Notes under the pieces: generated by a model
What the model was told of the DNA's origin: nothing
The model's database searches: none
Seen by the model: only the letters and a program-made list of their open reading frames with translations
In this document: in pieces, positions 1 through 13,090 of the stretch
Layout of the letters: every line of letters begins with the position of its first letter
Position numbering within the stretch: position 1 is the stretch's first letter
Source of the DNA: the human T2T-CHM13v2.0 reference genome, Homo sapiens
Length of the DNA stretch: 64,000 nt
Strand: one strand, 5' to 3'
Assembly: GCF_009914755.1 (NCBI RefSeq)
Contig: NC_060926.1
Translations under genes and position numbers: made by a program

Positions 1-638
1 ATGCAGGGCACCAAGTTCCTAGGCTGCACATAGCACCAGTACCCTGGGCTTGGCCCATGAAACCATTTTTTCCTCCTAGGCCTCTGGGCCTGTGATGGGA
101 GGGGCCACCATGAAGATCTCTGACATGTCCTAGAGATTTCCCCATTGTCTTGGGGAGTACATTTGGCTCCCTGTTACTTATGCAAATTTCTGTAGCTGGC
201 TTGAATTTCTTCTCAGAAAATGGGATTTTATTTTCTATCACATTGTCAGGCTGCAAATTTTCCAAACTTTTATGCTCTGCCTCCCTTATAAAACTGAATG
301 CCTTTAACGGCACCCAAGTCACCTCTTGAATGCTTTGCTGCATAGAAATTTCTTCTGCCAGAAACCCTAAATCATCTCTCTCAAGTTCAAAGTTCCACAA
401 ATCTCTAGGGTAGGGATAAAACGCCACCAGTGTCTTTGCTAAAACATAACAAGAGCCACCTTTGCTCCAGTTCCCAACAAGTTCCTCATCTCCATCTGAG
501 ACTATCATGAGAACAGTGCAGAAAAGACCTGCCCCCATAATTCAATTTCCTTCCACCAGTTCCTCCCATGACATGTGGGAATTGTGGGAGTTACAATTCA
601 AGATGAGATTTGGGTGGGGACACAGCCAAACTGTATCA
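1..638 (-). mobile_element. THE1 (MaLR) internal sequence plus partial LTR (THE1C/D-like)
   Basis: Ends in ...gatgagatttgggtggggacacagccaaactgtatca, the reverse complement of the THE1 LTR start. 1-500 resembles THE1/MST-int. Confidence 0.88.
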
Positions 639-2558
639 GTATGAGTGATTTGATGGAATTTTTTCTGAAAAAAAAAATCAACCTCTTTCTTGCATATGGT
701 GGTAGAAAGATATATCTGTATATAAATTTCAAGAATACATGGGGTGTAACTATTCTATTTGACTCAAATTCATATTGCCTTCCTGTTTCAAGTTAATATT
801 ACTTTTTCTCCCTTCTTGTCATTCCCTTATATTTTTTACTGTCTAGGTTAAAAAACACACAGCTTCTTCTGTGTAATTGGTCTAGCAAATTCTTCCTGAA
901 TTTTTTGAATACTGGGTTGAGGGTCCTACTTATTTTTCATCAGCAATATACCCAGAGCATGTAGTAGTAACTGTTCATTTACAGAGCATTTCAGGAACTT
1001 TCTTTGGTTTGAGCCTACCCTGTTTGGGAAACAGCTATGCTGTTTCTTGCTTAGTGCCTGATGCCTGAGTAGCTGTTCAGGATGACGCAGTGGTGAGCCT
1101 GGGAACGGGGAGTACCTGGCCTCCTGAGCCCATCCAGCATTCTGCCTCTGCTCTCCTGTGCTTTAGGCAGTGCGTGCAGTCATTCCCTGGGGAATCTGCA
1201 AAGCCTGCAAGGCATCTGCTCCCAAGGGCACCTGCTCACAAGCTCCTCCAGTGTCCGTAGTGGGGTGGAGAGGGGTGATGGGGATCCTTTTTTGCCCCTG
1301 GATTGCTGAAGCCTAAAATTATATATTAAAAAAAGTCATGATTCTACATTTCAGAGAAGTATTAACTACAGACATTTCGATGAGTGCTGATGTACACTTC
1401 AGGCCCTCTCTTAGGAAGGGAGGATGGAGAAAAAAGCTATCGGGCTGCAGGACTGGAATGGCTCACCTTCCAGTGTCACCCCTGGTCAGCCCACCCACCA
1501 GAATGGCCAGAAGTTGGCCATTGTAGGAGGCGTGAGTTGCAGGCTGACTGGGCCTTACCCCATGGGTCTTCTCTGGGCCCAGGAAGCATCAGATAGTGGC
1601 ATGGATTCCTGCTGAGCAGGGGAACCCACTGCTTTCCCCTCTCACAGTCAGGCCCTTTCCAGGCAGGCCCCAGGACCACATGTTGCTTCTTCTCTTTGTT
1701 TTCCTCTCAGTCAAGTTTCCCTAATTCAAGGCTTCAAGAGACTGGAGGGGAGACAATGGTCCCTGGACGGGAGGGACGGTGGACTCTGTCTGCCTCTCGG
1801 AGACCCTCCCTTAGGAGCTGGGGCTGCATTGCTTTCATTTCTTTTGTTACTGCCTTGAAAACGTGTTTGTCCTAAGAATTGTAGGAAATGCATAGATTAT
1901 TCTGCCCCTATTACTTTCAGGAACTTTTAAAGGCTGACAAATCCTTGTAATTATCTTTCTATAAATTATATTTATTTCACTACTCTATAAAATGAAACCT
2001 ACTGCAACACTCTTACCACTATGCGTAATTATCAGAGGCATCTCTCCCAGCTTCTCAGACACCCTTCCTGCCTTAGCCATTCTTCATCTTAACCCAAGGA
2101 AAAGAGCACCAAGAAGGGGACCTGCCCACAGACCACTTCATCCTCCTAAGGTGTCCCAACCTGGCTGACATGTTCACGTAGATTTCCACTGGGAACATCC
2201 ACTTGGCCTCTATCAAGGATTAATCCTTCCATTTCGCCAATAATATCTGTCCCCACCTTCAGTCTCTTGCCTGAGCCTAACCAGGACACATCCACCTCCA
2301 GATCCCCACTGCTGTACTTGTCTGCACAAGATCCTCTCCTGTCTTGGTGCCTGTGTAACTTAAAAGTTACATAGGGCTAAAAGTCAGATATTTTGCCTTC
2401 CCACTAGAATGAATAATACTATGGGTGTATTTTTTCTCAGTAATATTTTAATCGATTTAGGGTTAGAGATGAACATTGGGACAAGTTATATGCAATAAAT
2501 AACAAGCTTAAAAACAATAAATAGGGTTATAAATCTCATTGTATCAGATATTATCCGG

Positions 2559-2560
<2 letters not shown>

Positions 2561-2600
<40 letters not shown>
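2561..2600. repeat. (GT)20 microsatellite
   Basis: Uninterrupted GT run. Confidence 0.98.
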
Positions 2601-2602
<2 letters not shown>

Positions 2603-2914
2603 ACTTCAGAGACAGAGAGAAAGGGAGAGAGAAGGTCCTGTTTTTCTCTGCAGATTTTTTAAGTGAGGGGCTTTTTTGGCATAGTAAGTATCAAAATCCT
2701 AGATATATATAAGATTTTAAATTAATCTTTACCTCTCAAAAAGTAAAAAGGCTTTTCCAGTCATAGGAAAGAAGAATTTCAAATGGCTGCTGACAGAATA
2801 AAGTTTATATTGCAAGATAGAAAATGGATGGTTTATTAATTCTTTAAAACCTTTACATCTCTATCACAGATGCCTATTGAAAGCATTAGTATTTACCCAA
2901 TGCAACCCACGGTG

Positions 2915-3056
2915 GTTAAATTCAGAGCTCCTTTGAAATTCTATTGCCACTTAATTGGCTGTGGGTATGCACAGTTAGCTTACTTGTAAATTGGGGATAA
3001 TAGCTCTTATCTTAAATGAGCTGATGTATGTAAAGCACTTAGTACAAAGCCTGGGA
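2915..3056 (+). mobile_element. MIR SINE fragment
   Basis: tgtaaattggggataatag...atgtatgtaaagcacttagtacaaagcctgg resembles the MIR core and 3' end. Confidence 0.6.
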
Positions 3057-4248
3057 TAGAGGCAGAGGGTCTGTGCTTTTTGAAATTACCATTTCAAGAA
3101 AAGTTGGTTGCAATGACTGCAATGCTGTTGTTTTATCACAAGAGGGCAGTGCCAGAATAGAAAACGCAGGAAATGTACTTGGGATTTGAAACAGTAGAAG
3201 TTTAACAATGTTGTTCAGCCATTTCATGGATCAGAGAATCCGGGCTACACTTGGCCTTGGTCATCACTTAATTTCATCCCCTCATCTATCACTGTGAAAT
3301 TATCTGGCACATTTTAGCTCAATTTCAGAAAAAAATCTCATACTAGTTTTCTCCCTAAAGTAAAATAATATGCTTTTATTTGCCTTCTCTTTTTTCCTTC
3401 TACAGTAACAAATGTTTTTAAGCATTGCATTTTTGTTTACAAAATTTGAAGAACATGTGTGTTTCGTTGTAATGCGGATCTCTCTACCTTTGTCTGTCTT
3501 TCTCTTTGCCTCTCTGATTCTTCTATTCACTCATTTCACTCCGTTATTTTCAAACAGAGAACACTGCCATCATTGGAAACATTTTTTTTCTGAGCACATT
3601 TATTGAGCCCATAAAACGTGAAAGGTGCCAAGTCCACAGCAGTTGTTTGTAATCTCCTCCTACTTGTCTATGCTCAGGTCAGGCTATTTGTTAGGAGCTG
3701 ATTGGGAGTTTATTGAGCATCCTGCATCCTGCATTTAGTTTTTTTGCCGTGTAATTCTTTGTTTGGGTGGTTGGATGCAAAACTGCGTCACAATGCTGGA
3801 CAGACTGGCTCTCCACTGAAATGAGGCTGGCCTCCCTGATTCAGTTACCAGAATGCTAATGCTAGTCCATTCTCATCAAACCTTCCTGCGGCCGGCTTGC
3901 CTGATCTTGTTAAGCTTTATTGAACATGCTGATTCCAGGGATGTGTTCTAAAAGTAACAGACCTTGTCTTTGCTGTTTGTTAGAAAACACATTTGCCTGA
4001 GAAGTATTTTGCCCTCTTGATTTGGCAGGAAATGCTTCTGCAGCACATACAATCTAACATCTTGACAAATTAAGAGATTGGGTTCCATTTAATTTTATTA
4101 CTTAAGATGACTTGGAGCACCCAGTAAATTCCAGCACTAAATTCAAGTTCGTGAAATAATCCCAGGTGCTGTGAAACTTAATGGCAAATATTGCCTGTAG
4201 GCCTAAAATAAAACTTATAAAAATATTTGCCTTGTTAGAATTTATGTT

Positions 4249-4320
4249 CACACCTGTGAATAGCCACTGCAGTCCAGCCTGGGCAACATAGCAAGACCTC
4301 ATCTCTAAGAAAGAAAAAAA
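4249..4320 (+). pseudogene. 5'-truncated 7SL RNA / FAM (fossil Alu monomer) retrocopy
   Basis: cctgtgaatagccactgcagtccagcctgggcaacatagcaagacctcatctct plus A tail. The GTGAATAG stretch is in 7SL/FAM but not in dimeric Alu. Confidence 0.8.
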
Positions 4321-5134
4321 TATGTTTCTGTCTCCACACATTTAAAGGAGCAATTATTTTTCCCTTGGTGTTAACTCAGTATATGTCCAAAACAATAAAT
4401 TTGCCATGAGACAATGAACTCTTCTTGAGCCATGAATATGGAAGTGAGTTAAATGTGCATAATAAGATGATCTGATAGCCCTTGAAATTACAGTACAATT
4501 TTTAGAAAATCTTGATGTACTTACCACAGAGAATTCTTATGTCTGTTTAATTGATTGTTAGCTATTTTAAATTCCATCAGAATACCTATAACTTGTGTAA
4601 GTTGGATTTCAGCTGATGCTTATAGACATTATTTATTTGCAAGGCACAAGTGCCTTAGCTTGAATACCAGTCTTAGTTATATGACACATAACCATTGGCT
4701 TTCTTAACACCATTCCCATTTCCATACTGTTTACTATATTTACAATGAAACAAATAAAACGCCTCATATGAGAATGTCTGCTTTAAGAAAACCCAGTGTA
4801 CATAACTCAGACGTACAAAGCAGATAAATTAAGAGGTGATTAGTTGCAGTACAAAAGGATTCTTTGATTTACAGCACGGTTTGTCAGAAGGGTTCCTTTG
4901 AATACGAGCTCCCCCAGAGAGCTGAAGTGTTTTGCAGATCATTCAATCCACTTGACATCCAGACTAGGGGACAGAAAAACTTGGAATTTAAGTGTTGAAA
5001 GCCATCATTAGTTGAAGATTAACAAAATGAATATAGAGATTCTCTATTATTTAAATGATAGAAAAAAACTGCTTTGCTTTTTAGAAATATGGATAACCCA
5101 TACATGTTTGTGACTAAGTCAGAAATAATAATTT

Positions 5135-5375
5135 CCATTATTTATGGATCACCTGTTATGTGCCAGAAACTATACAGCACTATAATGGACTCTGTGTATT
5201 ACTTTATTTTGATTTAATACTGCTAATGATATTACAAGTAAGATTGTGCCCATTTTACAAATGAAGATACTGAGGCTCTGGGGAGCATTTTGCCCAAAGC
5301 CCACAGGTCAGTCATTGGCAGAGATAAGTTTTGAATTAAGTCTACCAAGGCCCGTGGCTTTTCCACTCTGCTGCT
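5135..5375 (-). mobile_element. MIR SINE
   Basis: cccattttacaaatgaagatactgaggctc...tttgcccaaagcccacag is the MIR core, reversed. Confidence 0.7.
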
Positions 5376-6070
5376 TCCAGGGGATTTTCCCTGCTGAGCA
5401 TTGAGTGTTCTGACCATGGGTAGCCTCCACGTGGGAGTCCTTTGCCTGATGCCCTGCCTTCCAGCATGGGCGGCTTCATCGACATCTTTATTAACTTACC
5501 TAATGCCAGCTTTTATGAATGAAGTTAACTGGACCCTGCATATCCCACTGAAAACACTGTGCCAAGACAGTGCTCATGACTTAACTTCAGCTGGTGCCTG
5601 GCTGGGTAAAGGAAAAGAACCTGGAATCTGGGGGGCATCCATGATGGAGGTGGGAAATATCTCGAGGGCATGTTCAGGCAGCACTGGGCAGGAGGGGCAG
5701 AGGAAGCAGGAAGGTGGTGTGACACAGCCCCCAGGTTAGTGTGGGGAGGGGCCAAGGCTGGTCTAACCAGGGGTAGCATGATGAGACTTGGCCTGCTGAT
5801 GGGAGGGAGTCAAAAGCAGGCCCAGTGGTGGAGATGGGCAGTGGGCAGGCTGCCTAAGAAGTCTGGCCACAGAAGGACTGCCAGAGAGGAACTGGGACCC
5901 AGGAAGGGCTGTCAAGACAGGATACTGTCACTTTGAGAAGAATTAGGGTACCCAGCAGGTTATCAAGGCAGAGACTCTGAAAGACAGAAACTCAGTTTCT
6001 CCAACCAGGGTCAGAACTCAGTTATTAGAACTGGGACACAGGATCAGAGTGGGAAAAGCAGAAATGCCGA

Positions 6071-6359
6071 TTTTATTTTATTTTTTTAGAGACAGAGTCT
6101 TGCTGTGACTCCCAGGCTGGAGTGCAATGGTGGGATCATCGCCTACTGTAACTTTGAGCTCCTGGAATTAAGGGATCCTCCTGCCTCACCCTCTTGAGTA
6201 GCTGGGACCATAGGCAAACACCAATATGCCTGGCTAATTTTTAATTTATTTTTTAGAGATGGGGGTCTCACTATGTTGCCCAGGCTGGTCTTAAATTCCT
6301 GGCTTCAAGCAAGCCCCTCACCTCCCCTCCACCAAGTGCTGGTATAACAGGAATGAGTG
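6071..6359 (-). mobile_element. AluJ
   Basis: T-rich tail, then gagacagagtcttgctg...ccaggctgg; diverged dimer with J-type features. Confidence 0.9.
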
Positions 6360-7419
6360 ATTCAATTCAATTCTTAATTACCTGTTTGTGATTGTTTAAA
6401 TTTCCCCTAATGAATAAGAGGATTGCCTGGGATGGATTTGATCCTCTAAGGAGGATCAAGTGGATCTCAATATTGGAATTGGAAGATTAGAAGAGGAGCA
6501 ATGCCAAATGTTTTATATTTTCCTAGTGATTTTGACTTATTTGGTATTCAATAAATACACAGATTGGCTGACTGAAATAAGAATCAATATAAATTAAATT
6601 GGTACCTTAACAGATTTTCCAACTGAACCTTGGCTAAGAGGTACTTATACTTACTAGGACAATCTAAGAAGTATGTGGGTAGATCATTAGACTGACTAGT
6701 TTCTGATCTCAGCTCTTCTACTTACTAGCCATCGTCTTGGGCAAGTCACTGAATATCCTTGAGCCTGATTTGCTCAACCTATAAAATAGCAATAGTACTA
6801 CTGATATTGCTGGATCATGTTAGTAAGAGTGTCTGCAATTTATTAAGCATTTGTTTTGAGTCAGGCACTATGCAAAGCAGTTTAAATACATTATCTCATT
6901 CACCTGTTGTGAGGAATAAATGAGGCATCGTCATTGAGACACTTGGCCAGTGTGTGGCCCAGTTCCCACTCACACACATGCAGATCAACATGCATGCTGC
7001 TGCACAATGGGACTAAGGATGGGTGGATAATTAAGTAAGGAGGTCTGTGTTTTAGAAGGAGGAGAAGGAGTGATCCAGTGGACTGAGAAATGAGATAGCT
7101 GGATCAGATTGGAGGAAAAAGCCAGATGGCGTGTCGGTGATATGCCAGAGGCGATTTTGTGTGTGTGTTCCCATCAGCCCTTGTTATCTAGCAGAATTGA
7201 TCTCAGGTAACCCAGTATGTTTTCCTAACAGAATGAAGTCTTCCCATGTGTCACCCAAAACATACTGCCCTTACAGTGTGTCTGATGCAAGTGGTAAGTG
7301 ACACTCTGGCCTCTGTCCTTATTACAGAAGTCTCTTTGGGAATGCTGGTTTGGTCCAGTACCTCCCCAGAGGTCTCAGTGCAATTTAGGACCCACGGCCA
7401 TCTTGGCTCACCCACCTCC

Positions 7420-7844
7420 TTGTTTTCGGTTTCCCCAGAAGCAGACCTGGAGAAAAGGATTTGGCTACAAGTGGTTTTTTAGAGATGATCTTGGGAAATA
7501 TGATAACAGAATGGGAAAATTAGACAAAGAAGGAAGGAAAGCCTATCAAAGTGTTCTAGTAAGAGCATTTCCACTGTAGGCAACTGGACTCATTCCTTCA
7601 GGGGGCCTGCTAAGAAACTGTGAAGGGCAAGGAAGCTGGGGTGTTTATCTTCCCACTCTCATGTCCTACCACTGTCATGGCAATGGTTGCCCCTTTAAGG
7701 CATTAACTGCCTAGCACTCTGCCCTCAGGCAGAGCAAGGGTGCAGATGCTCGAGGTGGCACACTGCACAGAGCCATCCAGAAAGCTACAGATGACATCAG
7801 GGGTGAGTGCAGAATCTGGCAGGGCTCCAGCAGCATCTGCTAAA
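7420..7844 (-). mobile_element. ERVL solo LTR (LTR33-like)
   Basis: ttccccagaagcagacc...gcaaggaagctggggtgtttatc...cagcatctgcta matches recalled LTR33 in reverse. Confidence 0.7.
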
Positions 7845-10309
7845 CCACCATCACATATTGAAGTCGGGTTTTTAAATCTTTACTTCCCTTTTGAAAGTTC
7901 TCAAAACAAAGTGCAATCTTATCACAAAATAGGACATTCCTTCACTGTTACCATTTCATGTTCCCTGCATAGGTGCTGATTGCTTTCATCAGTCTCTGTG
8001 TTACTGTAAACATCTTCTTTCAGATGGCCTCGCTGAATATTAATCTGCAAATGAGCAGAAAATTAATAAAAGTGCTCTTTTGAATAGTCCCTATTAAATA
8101 AGTATTGAGGCATGAGCAGTATGTATAAGCGTAAAAGAAACGGTTATGTTACATCCAGAAACAGACACTTTCAGCAGCAGGCGAAGGCAGGCATTAAGCC
8201 CATCTACAGGGTTTCAGACTTGGAATCCTGACCCATGGAGATCTGGTTAGATGTTAGTGTGGATATCTAAGAGTGCTTCTTCTACATCCACTCATATTCA
8301 TCCTGTCCATTCTTAATCTACCTTTCATCATACGTGCTGAGCAACATATATTAGTTCTGCTAAGTGAGAGAACATTTGGATGTCAATTTCTTTATTTGAA
8401 AATTACTCTCGCAGCACATTGCAAGGCCCTGCCTGTGATTTAAATGTAAATAAGGGCTAGCACCCATAGACTGTAAAGATAGTGAATAGTCTTCAGGGTG
8501 AAAATGTTCTTCTTGGCACCTTCTATTTCTCTGTGCCCAATTATCCCAATGCCCAACCATACCTCCCAAATTCATTCAGATTTCTAAGTATATTTGTCCT
8601 AAAAAATACTCTGAATCTGCTGAAAGTTTGAACTTGCAAACCATACTCCTTTCAGGTGAGGTTTTCCAGTCCTACTTTTAAGATCATATCTTGTAATTTG
8701 TGACTCCTTGTCCTTAAATTTGAGTGGACGCAGTGTGAAAGAGAAGATCTGGAAAGGACTGATCCCATACTTAATTCTGGTAGAAGAATTGATTCCTGAA
8801 ACAAGCCCAGAGTGCTTGAGCTGATGACTGCAGCTGGGTACTCACTGGCATGGTTTTCCCCTTACAGAGGTGGTCCTGACACAGAAATACACCAAGGAGT
8901 ACAGTCGGCAGCACTACCGTGATGAAATTTTGTTGTATGTGATAAAGGCATGAGTCAGGTTGAAATCTCCTGGGAAAATCCAAGAAGAAATCCAATCTTG
9001 TGTCTTTATTACAAGAGTTGATTATTGGCGAAAGACAGGCTCACGTGTGTCTCCCAGCCTCTGTATTTCCTTGTGTACTGTTTGGTGACAAACTACTCGT
9101 GTCAGGGATGGGAGGTGATAAAGAAGACTGATTAATCCATAAACTGTACAGCTAGCTCAGGAATAACTGAGAGCATCCTAGTTCTTTTGCATTATACTTC
9201 GCAAATAACCATATATATGTAAAATATGTGGATGATGTCAGTGGTATTACTTAGGGTCCATTTCAGGTTTTTAAGACATGCTGGAAAGTAAAAATTAGGC
9301 AAAAGAATTCTTTCCGAAGGGTTCAGGTGATAGAAAAATGAAATAGGCTAGTGGGAACTTCAGGGAACCTGCTATTCCAGAGAATTGTGAAAGTCTGTGA
9401 TTTATCATAATCTATCTTGTGTTTTTACTAGCATTTAAAAATTGCTCAGAGAGACCTAACTCATTGACTATTGATATTTCAGTTCTGGGGATATTTTTGA
9501 GTGAATTTGTTTGCAGTTGCCTTTCTGCAAAATTTATTAGCAGGCTTTTCTTCACTTCTTCCCTGATCTTTTATTCTTTTCTGAGATATTGATTTTATTT
9601 TCCCTAACATAATTTTATATGGTAATATCTGTGCAGAAGCAATTTGCTATGGTTGAAGGAACTGGATTCTTATGGGCATTTGTCTTAGTAATGTGATTAC
9701 AGAGTCACTAACTTGATCTTAATAACATTTGCCTATTATCGTATATTAGATGCATGAAAGGAAAACTGGGCTTTCTAACTCAGAGGATTACCCTTGTGTG
9801 TCTCCCTTAGTTTATAATGCCTTACAAAATTAATGTCCAGGTGATTTTGAGTGGCTATTTGCATTATTTGAAACTAGTTAGGATTAAATCCAAACATTAT
9901 CACCAGTGTTGCATGCAGAGAGGAAATTACTTTTTTTGGTACACCTTAAGAAACTTTTAAATCATCGATTCATGACATTTTATAAGCTAGTCACACCGTA
10001 CTTCATCGGATGCTGTTTTTACTCTGTTGTGGCTGCAGGAGGCAGCATGATACAAAAATCTTGTAAACTTATAGTCAGATTTGGTTAGAATCTGGCCACA
10101 CTGCTTATCAACTGTGTGAACTGGGGCTGTGTAGATCCACCACTCTGACCCTCAGTTTCCTCATCTTGTCAAGACAGACAGTGCCAGTTTCTTATTTAAA
10201 TATTGTAACTGCACTCTCTAACTTAAAAAAAAAAAACTGAGCTCAGCTTCGATAGATTTCTCCTCTTTTCTGAAAACAGATAGTAGTTGTATAAAAAGGT
10301 AAGATTCCT

Positions 10310-10765
10310 GCTGGCAGCTTTATTCATAATATCCTCAAAGTAGAAACAACCCAAATGTCCACCAGCAGAAGGATGATAAGCAAATTGAAGCACACCCATG
10401 TTATGGGAAACTACTCATGAATAAAAGGAAGAATCTTTGGATCCATGCAACAACATGGATGAATCTTACAGACATTATGTTGAGCAAAAAAGAAGCTAGG
10501 CACAAACCGGAGAATATCGTCTGACTTCTTTTACATGAAGTTCTAAAACAGGCAAAATTCTTTCATGACGGAAATCAGAACAAGTTATCTGAGTGTCTTG
10601 CCTGGAAAGGGGCACGAGGGGACTTTTGGGGTTCATAGAAATGTTCTGTCTTGATCTGGTTGGTAATTACTCCGGTATATATATTTGTCAAGACTTGTTG
10701 AACTATGCAATTAAATTGGGTGTTTTGCCTTGTACAAATTATACTGCAGTTAAAGAAAAGAAAAC
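10310..10765 (+). mobile_element. Old L1M (L1MD/ME-type) 3' end
   Basis: gcagctttattcataat...aaacaacccaaatgtcc...catgcaacaacatggatgaatct. Ends about 55 nt before the exon acceptor. Confidence 0.75.
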
Positions 10766-10818
10766 ACCTACCCATTAGATGTTTAATTTTCTAATGACTA
10801 GTTTTTTGGGATCCTCAG

Positions 10819-10965
10819 GATGCTGTGACCATCTGTACCCTGGGAATTGGGACGGCCTTTGGAGAGTCCATTCTGGACAACACACCCCGCCATGCAACCA
10901 TCGTTACCAGGGAGAGCAGTGAACTGCTCCGCATCGAGCAGAAGGACTTCAAGGCACTATGGGAG
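10819..10965 (+). CDS. RAPGEF4: RAPGEF4/Epac2 internal coding exon (exon 4 by recall), CNBD-A phosphate-binding cassette: [49 protein letters not shown]
   Basis: Acceptor cctcag|GAT at 10818/10819, branch-like ctaat at 10791-10795, donor GAG|gtgag at 10965/10966. 147 nt = 49 codons, phase 0-0. FGE...PR.AT cyclic-nucleotide-binding motif. Peptide recognised as Epac2A. Confidence 0.96.
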
Positions 10966-12399
10966 GTGAGCCCTAAGGCTTCTTTGTCAATTAATGCAGT
11001 TTCAGAAAAGAAAGGGAGCTGCCACATGGATAATGGCATTACAGTCAAGCCTTAATGTGTTCTGTTCTGAGCTGGTAGATGGAATTTAATTTTCAAAACT
11101 TGTTTTTGAAATGAGTGAGTGAAAAAGCCATTTTGACACAAGACATCCTTTTTTTTGTTTAATTTAGTGCTTGCTCAATTTTCTGTAGTTTGACATACCT
11201 TATAATTATTTCTTGAATGACCATAGAGTGTTTTATGTATTTTCTCCCTTCTTTTCCACAGATGTATTCTTAACCAGGGAACAAAATACTTTGACATTTT
11301 CTTTTGCATTTTAAAAATCATCATTGACATGTTCCCTGGGAAAGTGGAATGAATGGGGTTAACATCTGCTTCATTTAAGTGCTTTTAAAAATGATGCGCC
11401 CTATAATAAGATATGAGAAATGGAGGTACATAAAGATGTCTGGTTACTTGCCAACTTCAAAATGCATAGGTGGCACAGCAGTGAATGGATGCAACTGGTC
11501 CTAGTGGCTTTTGCATTTATCAATGCTTACCAGAGCCCCTTAAAGTATTGCACTCATTTACAACAAGTATGAGGAATAAATCATCTTATATGCGGTCATG
11601 GCAAATAGAGCACTTATAAAGGCCCAGCTAAGCCTTGCATCTTTTACACTCGTTCTTTTCAGTTCTTTAAGCCTCTGATTTTAACCTGCTCCTTGTCTTT
11701 GTCCTTAGCTCAGTATGTCCAAGTGTTAAACCATCAGGCTGCAGGCTTCGCCACTGGTCCCAGTGTGGCTAAGATTTTAAACTTGATCTAAAAAGAATTT
11801 TGTGTAATCAAATAGTTTCCTCCAGAGCCAAACAAATGGCAGATGCATTAAGGGAGCCAACCTGCAGGTGAATGAGTGATGCTTTGCCTTAAAAGTCATG
11901 CAAAGCCTTGGAAGGCCTTGGTGGTGAAACCTGTTACTTTTATTCTTGGCAGTAGTGAATAAATTGTGAGGTTACTTGTTTGAAATATTTCTCTTAGAAA
12001 GTATTAAAGAGCTCCAACCGTTCTGTAAAGTTCAGAGACAAAAGCTAGTTTTAGGAAGGAAAATTGAAAGTAGGTTTGCATGAGGTGTATGTGGAGAGAT
12101 TTTCTGTCAATTAAAAGGGACCAAGCTTGAGGCAAATAAGCCACTTTTTGGATCTTTCATTTTAAAAGGTAAACTGAAAAGTCTTTTTCAAAAGGGGAGT
12201 TTGGAAAACTGGTTTTCAGAACAAAAATGATTTCTAACTGTGATGTGTGTCATTATAACCACTTTTGTCTCTGATGACTTACTCAAATTGCTGAGAGAGG
12301 ATGGTTTGTGGAAATATTTTAAAGATTTATTTTAATTAGGAGCCCTTAGTGCTGAGAAGGAAGTTTCTAAGTGGTTGCTACCTGTGAACATTAAAACAA

Positions 12400-13090
12400 A
12401 CTTATTATTTAAAAAAATTTCAAATAGACAGAAAAATCAAAAAGTATAGTACAATGAACACCCATTCACCCCCACTGAACTCAGAAATTGTTAATGTAGA
12501 GCCATACTTGCTTCAGCTTTGTTTGTTTTTTTTGGTGAACTACTTTATCGTAAATGATAGACATATAACATATCACCCTAAATATTCAGCATATATCTCA
12601 AAAAACTTAGAATATCCTGTTACATACCCTAATGCCATTATCTCACCTATAAAACAATAATATCCTAATATTATCTAATACCCAGTCTATATTTCAAATG
12701 TCCTTAATTGTCTCATAAATACCTTTTATAGGTTTGTTTCAAACCAGGCTCCAATAACGAGCCATGTCTTACATTTGATTGTTATATCTAAGTCTCTCTC
12801 TCTCTCTCTCCTCTCTCCCTCTCTCCCCCTTCTCTCTCTTACTTTCCCCCTGCCCCATCATGGCATTGACTTGTTAAAAAGGCCAGGTCAATTTCTCCCA
12901 AATTCAAGATTTGTCTGATTGTTTTTTTCATGGTATCTTTTTTTGCACTTCTATCCCAAGGTTTCCTATAAATGGAAATTAGGCTAAAGGTTTGATTAGA
13001 TCAAGCCAAACATTTTTGGCAAGAAAATGTGAAAAGTGATGCTGAGGATATTGCTCTGTTGATGCTACGTTTGATCCCTTGGTTAGGTTG
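12400..13090 (-). mobile_element. Old L1MC-type 3' UTR fragment with an internal (CT)n
   Basis: aaaatttcaaatagacagaaaa...tagtacaatgaacacccat pattern; (CT)n at ~12793-12840. Confidence 0.55.

Noticed and set aside
10966-11055. ORF-track extension of the exon (VSPKASLS...)
   Set aside because: Read-through past the GTGAG donor into intron; similarity to Epac2 ends at ...KALWE.
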